Shown one piece after another: positions 26,800-36,159 of a stretch of 64,000 bases of DNA. The position numbers were made by a program, and so were the translations under genes. The notes under the pieces are model-generated. The model worked only from the letters and a program-made list of their open reading frames with translations, did not search any database and was not told the origin of the DNA. The DNA is taken from positions 96,001 to 160,000 of IMG/VR virus record IMGVR_UViG_3300005466_000024. One strand, written 5' to 3'. Origin of the DNA: a virus. The first letter of the stretch is position 1. Each line of letters opens with the position of its first letter.

Positions 26800-26949
26800 C
26801 AATTCGCTCAGCGTCACGTCGACCACTTGGGTGTGTTGGGCGTCGTCGCTGAACGGATACTCCGTGAGCAGCGCAGCGGCCTCCTTCTCCGAGGAGGCCT
26901 CCACCCGTGTCACCCCTGCCGTGCACCAGTGGACGTCGTATTCAGCCAT
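26782..26949 (-). CDS. Hypothetical protein
   Basis: MAEYDVHW...VEASSEKEA pattern. Confidence 0.5.
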   Translation of the reverse strand: MAEYDVHWCTAGVTRVEASSEKEAAALLTEYPFSDDAQHTQVVDVTLSELSALPL

Positions 26950-26960
26950 GATCCCTACCC

Positions 26961-27353
26961 TCAGCCGATTATTTTCTTCCGCGGCTCCTCGGTCCTGGTG
27001 CCGTCCTCTCGGATGACACCCTTGACCCCGTCCGCCAGGCCCTCTCGGACCTCCCACTGGATTCGATCATGGTCTTGCTCGGTTTGGTGCACGACACGCC
27101 CGGTCACCGTCACCTCGGGGATGAACAACCCGGTGGGGCGCCCGTTCTGGTAGACCTGGTCGATCCCGACATCGACGGTGAACCCGGCCTCACCGAACAA
27201 GTCGGCCGCCGCGCGCAGGAAGCAGTCCAGGTTCGTGTCGGTCAGGGGGGTGTTGGCGAACCGTCTGGAGAGCTGTTCGTAGGCATGCCTGAGCCGGGGC
27301 AGTTCGCTGGGATAGGGTTCTGTGTCCGGCACCGGACTGGGGACGTGCGCCAC
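26961..27353 (-). CDS. Hypothetical protein
   Basis: RBS and GC3-rich ORF. Confidence 0.55.
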   Translation of the reverse strand: MAHVPSPVPDTEPYPSELPRLRHAYEQLSRRFANTPLTDTNLDCFLRAAADLFGEAGFTVDVGIDQVYQNGRPTGLFIPEVTVTGRVVHQTEQDHDRIQWEVREGLADGVKGVIREDGTRTEEPRKKIIG

Positions 27354-27443
27354 ACCCTTTTTCCTGTGAACGCCCGAGCGACCTTGTATCAGCTAGGCTT
27401 ACAGGTATTCCCCCGACGAGGAATCCGGTTTCTTGCCTCCGGC

Positions 27444-27983
27444 TCAAGGGCAAGTGGTGGATCCCGCTTCCCGGTTCAGCATCGGTGGCGCCCCTGAGAG
27501 GGTCCCCGCTACGGCGGGGACCTTTCTCGGCTCCAGGTACGTCATCCGTCCATCGGCGTACCGGTAGGTTTCGGCGACATCCCGCGCCAACTCGAGGCAA
27601 CCGGGTGTGCCGGGGCCGTCGAGCGGGAAACCCATGCACACGTCGATACCGGAGTCGACCATCTCCTTGTTGCGGACGTAGCCGGCGCAGGCGTAGAAGG
27701 TGGTGCCGTCGCGGCGGCGGCGCTGATGGTGGCAGTACTCACCGCAGGGGGTGTTCCAGTCGGCGGGGTGCGGCTCGTGATCGATGCGTTGATCCCACCG
27801 ACGGCGCTGCTGCACCCATTCCATGGCGATGGTGTCCCCGCCGCGAGCTTTGCCGTGCACCACGATGAACCGCTCGCCGGAGCCAGGATGCTGATCAAGC
27901 CACCACTGGTAGAGATCCTCGAGATAGTTCTCGATGATCCTGGGTTCGCTCCACTTACGTGAAGCCGTGACCAGAACCCTCAC
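27444..27983 (-). CDS. SLOG-family protein (DUF2493/YspA-like)
   Basis: VLVTASR.W, VHGKARGGD..A..W, ADW, AGYVRNKEMV, PGT. Confidence 0.8.
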   Translation of the reverse strand: MRVLVTASRKWSEPRIIENYLEDLYQWWLDQHPGSGERFIVVHGKARGGDTIAMEWVQQRRRWDQRIDHEPHPADWNTPCGEYCHHQRRRRDGTTFYACAGYVRNKEMVDSGIDVCMGFPLDGPGTPGCLELARDVAETYRYADGRMTYLEPRKVPAVAGTLSGAPPMLNREAGSTTCP

Positions 27984-28261
27984 GGGACCGGCCGAAGTCG
28001 GACGACCATGTGCTCGATCAGGCGGCATGCCGCAGAACTCGACGAGTGCGCGTGGACGTGCTGCGGCCAGCGGTCCGGGTGGTTCTCGAGCCAGTACAGC
28101 ACGGTATCGGTGCGGTCGCCGTGCTTGAGGACGTAGTCCAGCGACATTTCGGTCACGGTGTGGGTGGCCAGCACGTCGATGGCCGCGGCACTGGTCTCGA
28201 CCCCACACCAACCCTCCGGTGCGGGCCGCTCGTCGTCAACCCAGAGCTTCATGCCGGTCAT
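27980..28261 (-). CDS. Cyclic-phosphate-processing receiver-like domain protein
   Basis: MKLWVDDERPAPEGW...AAIDVL...MSLDY. Confidence 0.7.
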   Translation of the reverse strand: MTGMKLWVDDERPAPEGWCGVETSAAAIDVLATHTVTEMSLDYVLKHGDRTDTVLYWLENHPDRWPQHVHAHSSSSAACRLIEHMVVRLRPVP

Positions 28262-29643
28262 CAGAACCCGTAGTCACTGCCACCCGAGGATGAGCTGCCA
28301 CCGTAGTCGCCGCCGCTGAACCCGCTGCTGGAGCCACCGAAGTCCCAGCTCGATGAGGAGCTGCTCGAAGAGCTGCTGTCGTCACGACGCAACCCCGAGT
28401 AGTCGTAGGTGACTGACTTGCTGCTGCTTTCCCGCTCACCGGAGAACCCGACATTGGACTGGTCACTGGTGGTGCGCCACTCGTTGTGGTCGCGCAGATC
28501 GTCATCGAAGCGCTGTCGTGAGCCGTCGTAGGTGTAGTCGCGCAACGGGGTGTCGGTCACGGTGACCGATGTCGGATCCCAGCCCCAGTTGTAGAACGGC
28601 GTCGGGTAGTAGCCGGGGAAGAAGTACACGTTGTTGTACTGGCCACCGGCCCAGTAGTACGGATAGCCCGATTCGCGATTGCGCCGGTAGTCGGCATTGT
28701 CGATGAGTACGCGTTCACCCGAAACCGGGTGCTGCGCCTGCACGGTGGCCTGCTTGCGCCGCCGGCGCGGGGTTTTGGCCACCGCCGACCAATCGGGGGT
28801 GTGTGTGGGGTTGATCTTGTAATCGGCGTCTCCCGCCGCAGTCGCCACCACCCCCAGGTGCGCGCGGGCGGCGACGTAGTCCTTGCGGGTCATCGCGTCC
28901 TTGGCGTCGGCCAGCGCGGCGTGCGCCTTGAGGCTCTCGTCGGCCACCTCGTCGCCGTTGAGCACCATCTGGCCCAGGTCGTTCACCTTGGATTCGGCGG
29001 CGATCAGATCCGAGCGCAGTTGCTCCTCACGTTCGCGCTCGCGGGTCTGGTGGCGTATCCACCGGCTCAACGCCCACGCCAGCGCAGCCAGCAACCCAAT
29101 ACCGGCCACCACGATCAGTGTCACCCACAGCCAGGTCCAGTCGGTCGGCTCGCTCGATGATGCTGCAGCCTGCGGCCCACCGCGCAGCCCGTCGATCTTG
29201 GCCACGAACGCTTCCACCGCGCCCTGCGGGTCGCCCTTGTGTTCCTTGGCCGAGCTGCCCATGAATCCGTCCACCGAGTCGGCGGTGCGCTGGTTCACGT
29301 TGAAGGCCCGCACGTGGTAGCCCTTGGAGTCGATGATCAGCAGGATGCCCGAGAAATGCCCGACGCGCGCGGTCAGCGCTGCGTACAGGGCATCGGGTGT
29401 GGTGATACCGGTCTGGGGCGGCGCCACCACCGCCACGTAGATCGGTAGGTTCTTGTCGACGATCGTCCGGTTGATCCGGCCGGGATCGCTCAGTGTCGGG
29501 TGGGCGGCCGGGTCGGCCACCACGTGCGACTGGGCGCCGAACCTGCCGGCGAGGTCATCGGTGTAGGTGTCGGCCCACACCGGTGCGGCCAACAGGCCGA
29601 GTGTCACCAGTGGGGCGAGCAGCCAGAGCAGCCGTCGCGTCAT
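28261..29643 (-). CDS. Secreted/membrane protein with low-complexity C-terminus
   Basis: Signal peptide, one TM helix, coiled region, Ser/Gly tail. Confidence 0.7.
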   Translation of the reverse strand: MTRRLLWLLAPLVTLGLLAAPVWADTYTDDLAGRFGAQSHVVADPAAHPTLSDPGRINRTIVDKNLPIYVAVVAPPQTGITTPDALYAALTARVGHFSGILLIIDSKGYHVRAFNVNQRTADSVDGFMGSSAKEHKGDPQGAVEAFVAKIDGLRGGPQAAASSSEPTDWTWLWVTLIVVAGIGLLAALAWALSRWIRHQTREREREEQLRSDLIAAESKVNDLGQMVLNGDEVADESLKAHAALADAKDAMTRKDYVAARAHLGVVATAAGDADYKINPTHTPDWSAVAKTPRRRRKQATVQAQHPVSGERVLIDNADYRRNRESGYPYYWAGGQYNNVYFFPGYYPTPFYNWGWDPTSVTVTDTPLRDYTYDGSRQRFDDDLRDHNEWRTTSDQSNVGFSGERESSSKSVTYDYSGLRRDDSSSSSSSSSSWDFGGSSSGFSGGDYGGSSSSGGSDYGF

Positions 29644-29692
29644 TTCGGGATCCCCTTCGGGTCGTGTCGGGCCCTCCACCCGAACTCACATC

Positions 29693-29710
29693 ACTATAAC
29701 GCCGCTATGG
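29693..29710 (-). promoter_or_regulatory. TATAG motif, copy 4
   Basis: CCATAGCGGCGTTATAGT. Confidence 0.55.
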
Positions 29711-29721
29711 CATCCTTGCCG

Positions 29722-30141
29722 TCACCCGGCCGCCAGTCTCCGGTGTTTCACGTTCTCGTTGGTCACCGGCTCCAGCACCACCGCCGCGTCCAGCCCCAGG
29801 TCGGTCAACAGCGGCCGGATCGATTCCGGTTCCAGCACCAGCTGCTCGTAGGTCAGGCAGTAAACCCGACGGTGCGCGATGGCGGCGAGCTGCCGGTAAC
29901 CGTCCTGCAACTTGCGCCATGCCTCATTCGGGGAGAGACCACCGGCGATCTGGGAGGCCATCGTGGCGAACGGGTCGCGGTACACCATGATCACCGCCTC
30001 GCAGTCGGCGGCCAGGGCAGGCAGGTCGGCCCAGTCGTCGGGATAGGTGGCCGAGCGGTGCGCCACGACGCCACCGGCGGCCCGCAGCATCCGGGTGACC
30101 AGGGAGGTGCCCGAGGATTCGGGGCCGGTGACCAGCAGCAT
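29722..30141 (-). CDS. Small P-loop sulfotransferase-like protein
   Basis: LLVTGPESSGTS (5'-PSB-like), VYRDP...ASQ (3'-PB-like), YEQLV.EP. Confidence 0.6.
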   Translation of the reverse strand: MLLVTGPESSGTSLVTRMLRAAGGVVAHRSATYPDDWADLPALAADCEAVIMVYRDPFATMASQIAGGLSPNEAWRKLQDGYRQLAAIAHRRVYCLTYEQLVLEPESIRPLLTDLGLDAAVVLEPVTNENVKHRRLAAG

Positions 30142-30416
30142 CAGATCAGTCCATGGGGTATGAGGGTGACGTAGCTATCATCGCTCAAAGAGTGCAGTGC
30201 ACACTCGATCAACGCGGTGATGGCCTCGGCCCGGTTTGTGGCCTGCACTACGTTCAGGCCACCGGCATCCCTCACGATCCACGGGCCGTCGGATCGTATC
30301 GCGGTGAGCAGGACTTGCCCGGTGCCGCAGTCGACGAGCACCATCAGGTTGGGGTAGGGCGCATCGATGCGGTGATCCGGTGCGACGCCAACCCGCAGGT
30401 CGGCGTCCACACTCAA
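30141..30416 (-). CDS. Hypothetical protein
   Basis: TTGA-coupled start. Confidence 0.5.
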   Translation of the reverse strand: MSVDADLRVGVAPDHRIDAPYPNLMVLVDCGTGQVLLTAIRSDGPWIVRDAGGLNVVQATNRAEAITALIECALHSLSDDSYVTLIPHGLI

Positions 30417-30754
30417 GCGCTCCACGACAGCACGACCCGCACGCCTGATCCCAATCCGCTCACGATCACCGTGCCCTCGGCAAACGGTGCCGAGCCCACG
30501 AACACGCCACCGCTGGCCGCCGAGAAGATGCCCGCCTCGGTGTAGCTGCCGGCCTGGCACGGTACGACGACCTGGGCGGCGGTGTTGGTGCCCGCCCCGT
30601 CAGGGGTCCACATGGTCAGCTGGCGCCCGTAGCCGCCGCCGCTGGTCTCGTTGGCGCCGGTGACGCCGGCATCACTGGTGTGCAGACTGATCCAGTGGCC
30701 CCGCGCCGCGGCGGCGTCGCTGGCCGCCTGGCGGGTGTCGTCGGGGATGCCCAC
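30413..30754 (-). CDS. Putative minor tail protein
   Basis: ISLHTSD.G.TGANE.SGGGY.RQ...W, typical of actinophage tail modules. Confidence 0.65.
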   Translation of the reverse strand: MGIPDDTRQAASDAAAARGHWISLHTSDAGVTGANETSGGGYGRQLTMWTPDGAGTNTAAQVVVPCQAGSYTEAGIFSAASGGVFVGSAPFAEGTVIVSGLGSGVRVVLSWSA

Positions 30755-30770
30755 ACCCTTTCCCCGTGGA

Positions 30771-33317
30771 TCACACCCACTCCAGCAGTGTGTAGCCAGG
30801 ACCACCGGCGCCGCCCTGGCCGGCCGGACCGGACACGTTGCCGCGGGCGCCACCGCCACCGCCACCGCCGCCGTAGTTGCCGCCGACTCCACCGGGACCG
30901 GGCGCTGTGGAGCCGCTTGTGGCACTGCTGCCGTGACCACCGGCACCGTTGAGCCCGGTGGGGGTGCCGCCCGACGCGGTGCCACCCGCGGAGCTGGACG
31001 AGAGGGAGTCGTTGGACTGCACGTCGCCGCCGCCGCCGCCGCCGGCCCCGGCGCCGACCGTGTTGGAGGCTCCGGTGCTGCCCGAGCCGGCGGAGCCGTT
31101 GGCCAGGATCATGCCGGTGATGCCCGATTGGCTGGCAGTGCCTCCGGTCGTGCCACTGCCCCCACCTGCGGTGAGTGTGATGCCGCCGGAGGTGACGGTG
31201 CTGGCTGCGCCGCTGGTGGTGCCACGGGTGACGCTGTACGTCGCCCCCAGGCTGCTCACGTCGATGAAGCTGCGGCCGACGCGGGCGCCGCCACCTCCTC
31301 CGGAACCACCGTGACGCAAACCGGAGTTGCCCGCCGCGCCGTTGCCGCCGCTGGCACCGGCGCCGAGCAGGGTAACCCAGACACCGCTGGCCCCCTGCGG
31401 GACGGGCTGGTTGGTCCGGTTGAGGTTCTCCTCGTTGAAGGGAGCGAAGGTGACCTTGGTGGCGGTGGCCGACAGGATACCCTGCCCACCGAGGCGGGCC
31501 CCGAACATGAAGGCCAGAAGGTAGAAGGGGCCGCGCACGACGCAACGCCCGCTCAGCGGCGCGGTGAGGACGAACTTGTTCGCCACGGCGGTGGCCGACA
31601 GGGTGCCGGTGCCCAGTGTGGCGCCGTTCAGCCGCAGGCTGGCGCTCAGGGTGCCGCGCCCGCCCAGGGCACTGGTGCGGGCGTACCGGGCGAACGCGGC
31701 GACGCTGGGGGTGCCGCGCCCGCCCATCGCGGCCACCGAATTGATCCGGTACATGCGGGCGACCGCGGTCGATGCCCCGTTACCCTGCAGGGTCGCCGAC
31801 AGTTGCGGTACCGGTTTGGCGGTGACGGTGCCACGCCCGCTGATCGGTGTGGCCACGGTGAACCTGGTGGCTTTCGCGATGACGGACACGGTGCCGCGCC
31901 CAGGGAACGCGACGGTGGTCCTGACCCCGGCCAGCCAGAACAGGGTGCCGCGCCCGCTCAGCGGCGCCGTGAAGGTGAACTTGGTGGCGGCCCTGGTCAC
32001 GGTGAGCCGCCCGGTTCCCCGCACCGCGGGGAAGGTGCGCAGCTGGAAGATGGTCGCGGTCGCCCGCAGCGCCCCGGTGGCCCTCAACGGGACGGCCATC
32101 AGGAACTTGCTGGACTGGGCTGTCGCGGTGAGCTGGCCGCGACCGAACGGCACCAGGGCACGAAAGTAACCGGCCCGTCCGGACACCGCCAGGCTCAGGG
32201 GTGTCGCGAGTGAGACGGTGCCGATGGCGGGGGTGGGCCGCGCAAGGGCCGCGACCATCCAGGTGTTCCAGGTGTTGACGAGTTTCGTGGTGCCGGCGCC
32301 GGTTTTGACCGAGGTCACCCAGCAGATGGCGGCGGCGTTGCCCCAGAGCAGCTGCGGGGACGCGACCAGGGCCTGCTGGAATTGCAGGGTGCCACCGAGA
32401 TAGGATCCGTCGCCGACCGAACCCAGGGGGATGGTGGCGGGCGACGGTGGCGGGCTGGTGGCCGGGGTCCACGCCGTGCCGGGGCCGGTCTTGGTCCAGA
32501 CCACGCCGGTGCGGGTCGCTCCGTCGGCCACCACCGTGGCCAGGAACTCCCGGGTGGTGTAGGTGGCGTGGCTGACCGGTCCGGCGCTGGTGAGTATCCC
32601 GGCCGTGGTGCGGACCGGGGCGAGGTCGGTGGGGTCGGTGCTCCATCCCGCTGTGCTGCCGTAGCTCCAGGTCGGGTCGGACAGGTGGCTGTCGCCGCCG
32701 GTGGCGGTGTTGGTGCCGACCGCGTGCCACAGTTTGCGAGCCAGGTACACCTGACCGTCGACGTCGGTGCCGGCGACGACCAGGTGCGGGGTGTCGATCC
32801 ACACCCCGGCCCCGAACAGCACACCACCCGGGTTCGGCAGGGTTTCCTCGCCGGTGATGGTGAACGGTTTGGCCGGTGCGGTGGCGATCATGGTGAGCAC
32901 CGCTACGGCCGTGTCGTCGGTGGTCAGGGTGTAGAGGTAGTTGGTGGCGCGGCTGGCCGCGCCGACCAGTCGCCGGACGCCGGGGGTGTTGGTGGGCAGC
33001 GCGTACCCGGCCCCGATGGTGCGCGTACCCCCGGGGGTGCTCACCAGCACCCAGCCGGGGGTGGTGTCCTCGCTGTGGGCGCTGTAGGCGCCGGGGTCGG
33101 TGCCCGAGCAGGTGGGGGCGTACCAGCGCCGGGAGAACACCATCACGAAGGTGGTAGGGGTGAGCGGGTGGAAGTGCACGGGTTGCGCGGCGGCCAACCC
33201 GGCCAGGTTCCACAGACTGCCCAGCGTGGGGTCGGCGACGCTGCGCACACTGCTGGCCGCCGAGATCCCCGCGATGTCCACTGCGGCGGCGGGGGTTTGG
33301 ACCGGAGTCGTGCGCAC
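30771..33317 (-). CDS. Minor tail protein (848 aa) with L.G.G.L repeats and Gly-rich C-terminal domain
   Basis: Repeated GRGTL/V motifs; C-terminal GAG.SGG...GYTLLEW. Confidence 0.7.
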   Translation of the reverse strand: MRTTPVQTPAAAVDIAGISAASSVRSVADPTLGSLWNLAGLAAAQPVHFHPLTPTTFVMVFSRRWYAPTCSGTDPGAYSAHSEDTTPGWVLVSTPGGTRTIGAGYALPTNTPGVRRLVGAASRATNYLYTLTTDDTAVAVLTMIATAPAKPFTITGEETLPNPGGVLFGAGVWIDTPHLVVAGTDVDGQVYLARKLWHAVGTNTATGGDSHLSDPTWSYGSTAGWSTDPTDLAPVRTTAGILTSAGPVSHATYTTREFLATVVADGATRTGVVWTKTGPGTAWTPATSPPPSPATIPLGSVGDGSYLGGTLQFQQALVASPQLLWGNAAAICWVTSVKTGAGTTKLVNTWNTWMVAALARPTPAIGTVSLATPLSLAVSGRAGYFRALVPFGRGQLTATAQSSKFLMAVPLRATGALRATATIFQLRTFPAVRGTGRLTVTRAATKFTFTAPLSGRGTLFWLAGVRTTVAFPGRGTVSVIAKATRFTVATPISGRGTVTAKPVPQLSATLQGNGASTAVARMYRINSVAAMGGRGTPSVAAFARYARTSALGGRGTLSASLRLNGATLGTGTLSATAVANKFVLTAPLSGRCVVRGPFYLLAFMFGARLGGQGILSATATKVTFAPFNEENLNRTNQPVPQGASGVWVTLLGAGASGGNGAAGNSGLRHGGSGGGGGARVGRSFIDVSSLGATYSVTRGTTSGAASTVTSGGITLTAGGGSGTTGGTASQSGITGMILANGSAGSGSTGASNTVGAGAGGGGGGDVQSNDSLSSSSAGGTASGGTPTGLNGAGGHGSSATSGSTAPGPGGVGGNYGGGGGGGGARGNVSGPAGQGGAGGPGYTLLEWV

Positions 33318-33378
33318 CCGCGGCCCCCATCGGATCGGTGGGCAGTTCTCTACCCTTTAGGCCCGATTCGTGGGAGCT

Positions 33379-33591
33379 CTACTCCTCCGGTGTGGGATAC
33401 GGCACTGTGGCGGGATCCTCCCGCACGTACAGGCCTTCGCACGTTTCGGTGCCGCAGTAACAGCAGCGTTCCGTCTGCCGGTGCTCCTCACGCAGCAGGT
33501 GGGGCTTCAGGCTGGGGTTGCGTACGGCGTAGCACGTCAGGCAGGCCGGCTGGGTCCAGGAGTAGTGCTGCTCGTCGGTGCTCCTGACCAT
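33379..33591 (-). CDS. Cys-rich hypothetical protein
   Basis: GGAGGAG RBS; CxxC and CCxC. Confidence 0.55.
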   Translation of the reverse strand: MVRSTDEQHYSWTQPACLTCYAVRNPSLKPHLLREEHRQTERCCYCGTETCEGLYVREDPATVPYPTPEE

Positions 33592-33659
33592 GGCCGCTCC
33601 TCCCACGAGCATGGTGATCGTGTAGACGATGGACTGCAACCACAATGCCACTTCGGTGC

Positions 33660-34097
33660 TCACCAGCAACTGGAGTAGCTGGGCGCACAGGTCATCCGGG
33701 AGCCGTCGCCGTTGAGGATGTAGGTGGGCTGCGGTGGCAGCGGTGCGGGAACGACCATGCCGGGGCCGACGTAACTGCCGCACATCCCGTCCGCATCGAT
33801 CTCGCAGCTGGGGTCGGCGTGCGCGGACGCCAGTATTCCCAGCGACATCACCAGGACGAACAGCGCCGTCATGAACAACACCAGGGCCAGCACCTGGGCG
33901 ACGGTATTCCACCTCGCGGACCGTTCGATGGCGGATATCTCGTCGTCGTCGCCGAAGCAGGAACGGCACACCGTCCAGCCCAGCTCGGTGTCATCGTCCA
34001 CATCCCCGCACAACAGGCAGCATTTCCCCATTTGCCTCCCCCTCGTGTCCCCGTCGTCGCACGTTTCGGGGCGGACGATTTCGGTGTCTTCGCTCAT
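33660..34097 (-). CDS. Membrane protein with N-terminal Zn-finger-like motif
   Basis: CCLLC...CRSC followed by a TM helix. Confidence 0.5.
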   Translation of the reverse strand: MSEDTEIVRPETCDDGDTRGRQMGKCCLLCGDVDDDTELGWTVCRSCFGDDDEISAIERSARWNTVAQVLALVLFMTALFVLVMSLGILASAHADPSCEIDADGMCGSYVGPGMVVPAPLPPQPTYILNGDGSRMTCAPSYSSCW

Positions 34098-34226
34098 GGC
34101 CACGGTGCTGGAGTCTAACCTGTCGCCGCGGCTTTGCCGCACCGACAGGCGAGCACCGGCATCCGGATCTCGTTGTTGGGCCGCGACATTCACAGGTGGT
34201 GATACGTTCATGACGCTGAGGGGAGA

Positions 34227-34259
34227 GCCGGGCCGCTATGGGGGGAGTAGCGGCCCGGC
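34227..34259. terminator. GC-rich hairpin in a divergent intergenic region
   Basis: 12-bp stem GCCGGGCCGCTA/TAGCGGCCCGGC. Confidence 0.45.
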
Positions 34260-34376
34260 CCGGTTCGGAGTTCCAGAGGGGTACCCGGAACGCCCTGGCC
34301 GAAACCGGTCCGGCCACTTCGACGGTACCGGTTCTGCTCGGAACTATCCCAACCGGCGATGGCAGCGGTAGGGTCC

Positions 34377-34393
34377 CTACAGGGCCACTACAG
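34377..34393. promoter_or_regulatory. TATAG-like motif, variant copy
   Basis: CTACAG-GGCCA-CTACAG, 11 nt before ATG 34405. Confidence 0.45.
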
Positions 34394-34404
34394 GAAGCGG
34401 GACG

Positions 34405-34650
34405 ATGACCGTCATCGATGAAACAACCCTGTCCAGTATTCACATCCTTGATCACAGCGGCGATTTGGAGCACAAATGGGATCCAGGTGATCCCGACAGT
34501 GTGAGCATCGCCAGGGAGGTCTTCGCAAAGGCACAGAAGAAGAAGATGCTGATCTACAAGGTAGGTCGACAAGGTGATCGGGAACAGATCCGGGAATTCG
34601 ATCCGGAAGCCAAGCACATCGTGGCGATACCGCAACTTCAGGGCGGCTGA
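34405..34650 (+). CDS. Small protein ending in Gly-Gly (ubiquitin/sulfur-carrier-like C-terminus)
   Basis: 81 aa ending IPQLQGG-stop. Confidence 0.7.
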   Translation: MTVIDETTLSSIHILDHSGDLEHKWDPGDPDSVSIAREVFAKAQKKKMLIYKVGRQGDREQIREFDPEAKHIVAIPQLQGG

Positions 34651-34651
34651 A

Positions 34652-35323
34652 TTGCCTTTGACATACTGGCGCGATTGGTCGGCTGACGACGATCACCACG
34701 ACTGGTCCTATCGCTGGGACGGCCATACCGCCACCGGCAGCAGCACCACTCTCGCGACCAGCGAGTATGTGGGCACACCCTGGCAGATGTGGACCAGTGC
34801 GACGACCTCGACCGGCGGATGGCATTACCTGTACTACACCGCATCACCGATCTACACCGAAAGGCCACTGGTAAGGATGGGTGCTGCTGGTGAAGCGGCG
34901 GTGGTGTTGGCGCCCCCCGAGGTCGAGGTGTCCGCAGCGGTGGAGGATCTACGGGCCGCACGGCTCGCACGAGCGCTCGCACGGTCCGAGTCGCAAGTCG
35001 TCGCCGAGTCGCGGGCCGTCGATCTCCTGGTGCGGATGCTGCCGCCGGAGCAGGTGGAGGTCTATCGGCGGGAGGGGCACTTCGACATCGTCGGTAGCCA
35101 CGGCACCCGTTACCGCATCAGGCCCGGCACGGTGGGCAATGTGGCGTGGCTGGACGCCGAGGGTCGGCAGGGTGGCCTGCTGTGCGCGCACCCGGCCTCC
35201 TCCCATGGCCTGCCCACCCCCGATGTGCACCTGGCGCAGATGTTGGTGCTGCAAACCGATGAGCGGGAGTTCCTGCGGATCGCCAACCTGCACGCCGGTG
35301 TTATGCCGCCATTGGTGGCCTGA
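34652..35323 (+). CDS. Partner of the GG-protein, function unknown
   Basis: TTG 1 nt after the previous stop; GHF.IVGSHG.RYRI, NV, LCAHP, D.HLAQML, EFLRIAN. Confidence 0.65.
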   Translation: MPLTYWRDWSADDDHHDWSYRWDGHTATGSSTTLATSEYVGTPWQMWTSATTSTGGWHYLYYTASPIYTERPLVRMGAAGEAAVVLAPPEVEVSAAVEDLRAARLARALARSESQVVAESRAVDLLVRMLPPEQVEVYRREGHFDIVGSHGTRYRIRPGTVGNVAWLDAEGRQGGLLCAHPASSHGLPTPDVHLAQMLVLQTDEREFLRIANLHAGVMPPLVA

Positions 35324-35511
35324 CGATATGAAAACGAAACACGGCCCCTACACGGGTAAATGTTGCTGGCGTCACCGGTTGCAGCGTCGGGGATGGATGT
35401 ACAGTCACACGCGCCCCAGCGAGTATGACGGCCGTCGAATCATGACGCTGTGGACTCCGGGGTTCGTTCTGGCCGTTCAACTCCACCGTGCCGGATGAAT
35501 AGCCCTAACCA

Positions 35512-35793
35512 TCACTGTTCGTCCAGTTCCCGGAGTTTGCGCCATAGGGCCAGCACCAGCTCGTCGCCGACCATGTTGCGCAGGTAGCACTCCAGGTGCC
35601 AGGCCTCCAGCAGTGCGGACACGCCGCGCTCGAAGGTGACAACGGGTATGAGCATGCCCCGGTCGGTGTCCTGGATCGGTTCGAGACAGCTGGCGCAGGT
35701 GTCGCCGACCGGGGTCGGCAGGTGGCGGCCCTCCTCGTTGACGGGTGCACTCCATGGCTGCCCGAACCAACCGCCCGGATATTCGTCGTTCAT
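35512..35793 (-). CDS. Zn-finger-like hypothetical protein
   Basis: TPVGDTCASC...HLEC. Confidence 0.55.
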   Translation of the reverse strand: MNDEYPGGWFGQPWSAPVNEEGRHLPTPVGDTCASCLEPIQDTDRGMLIPVVTFERGVSALLEAWHLECYLRNMVGDELVLALWRKLRELDEQ

Positions 35794-36159
35794 CGGGTCA
35801 TGACCACCACAGGATCGGCGCGAACACGATTATCCCGAACACATAGCCGAACAAGACGTAGTCGATCATCGGCGTTGATGGTATCTGTCCCGGGCCGCCT
35901 CGGTGACCGGTACGCCCTTGCAGGAGTGGGTGACGGGCCAGATCCACTTGCCGCAGATCTCGCATTCGCTGCGACCGTCGCCAGGGTCGGTGTGGGGATG
36001 ATCGGCATTCACCACGTCACTCCTCGGAGTCGTCCTCGAACCAATGAATCCGGACACTTAACGCGTCCATCCCAGCAGCCAGGTCATGGCCAGTAGCGCC
36101 TGCCAGAGATGCAAGTAGATCAGTGGGCAACGCATTTCGGTCCGGTTGTCCGGTTCATA

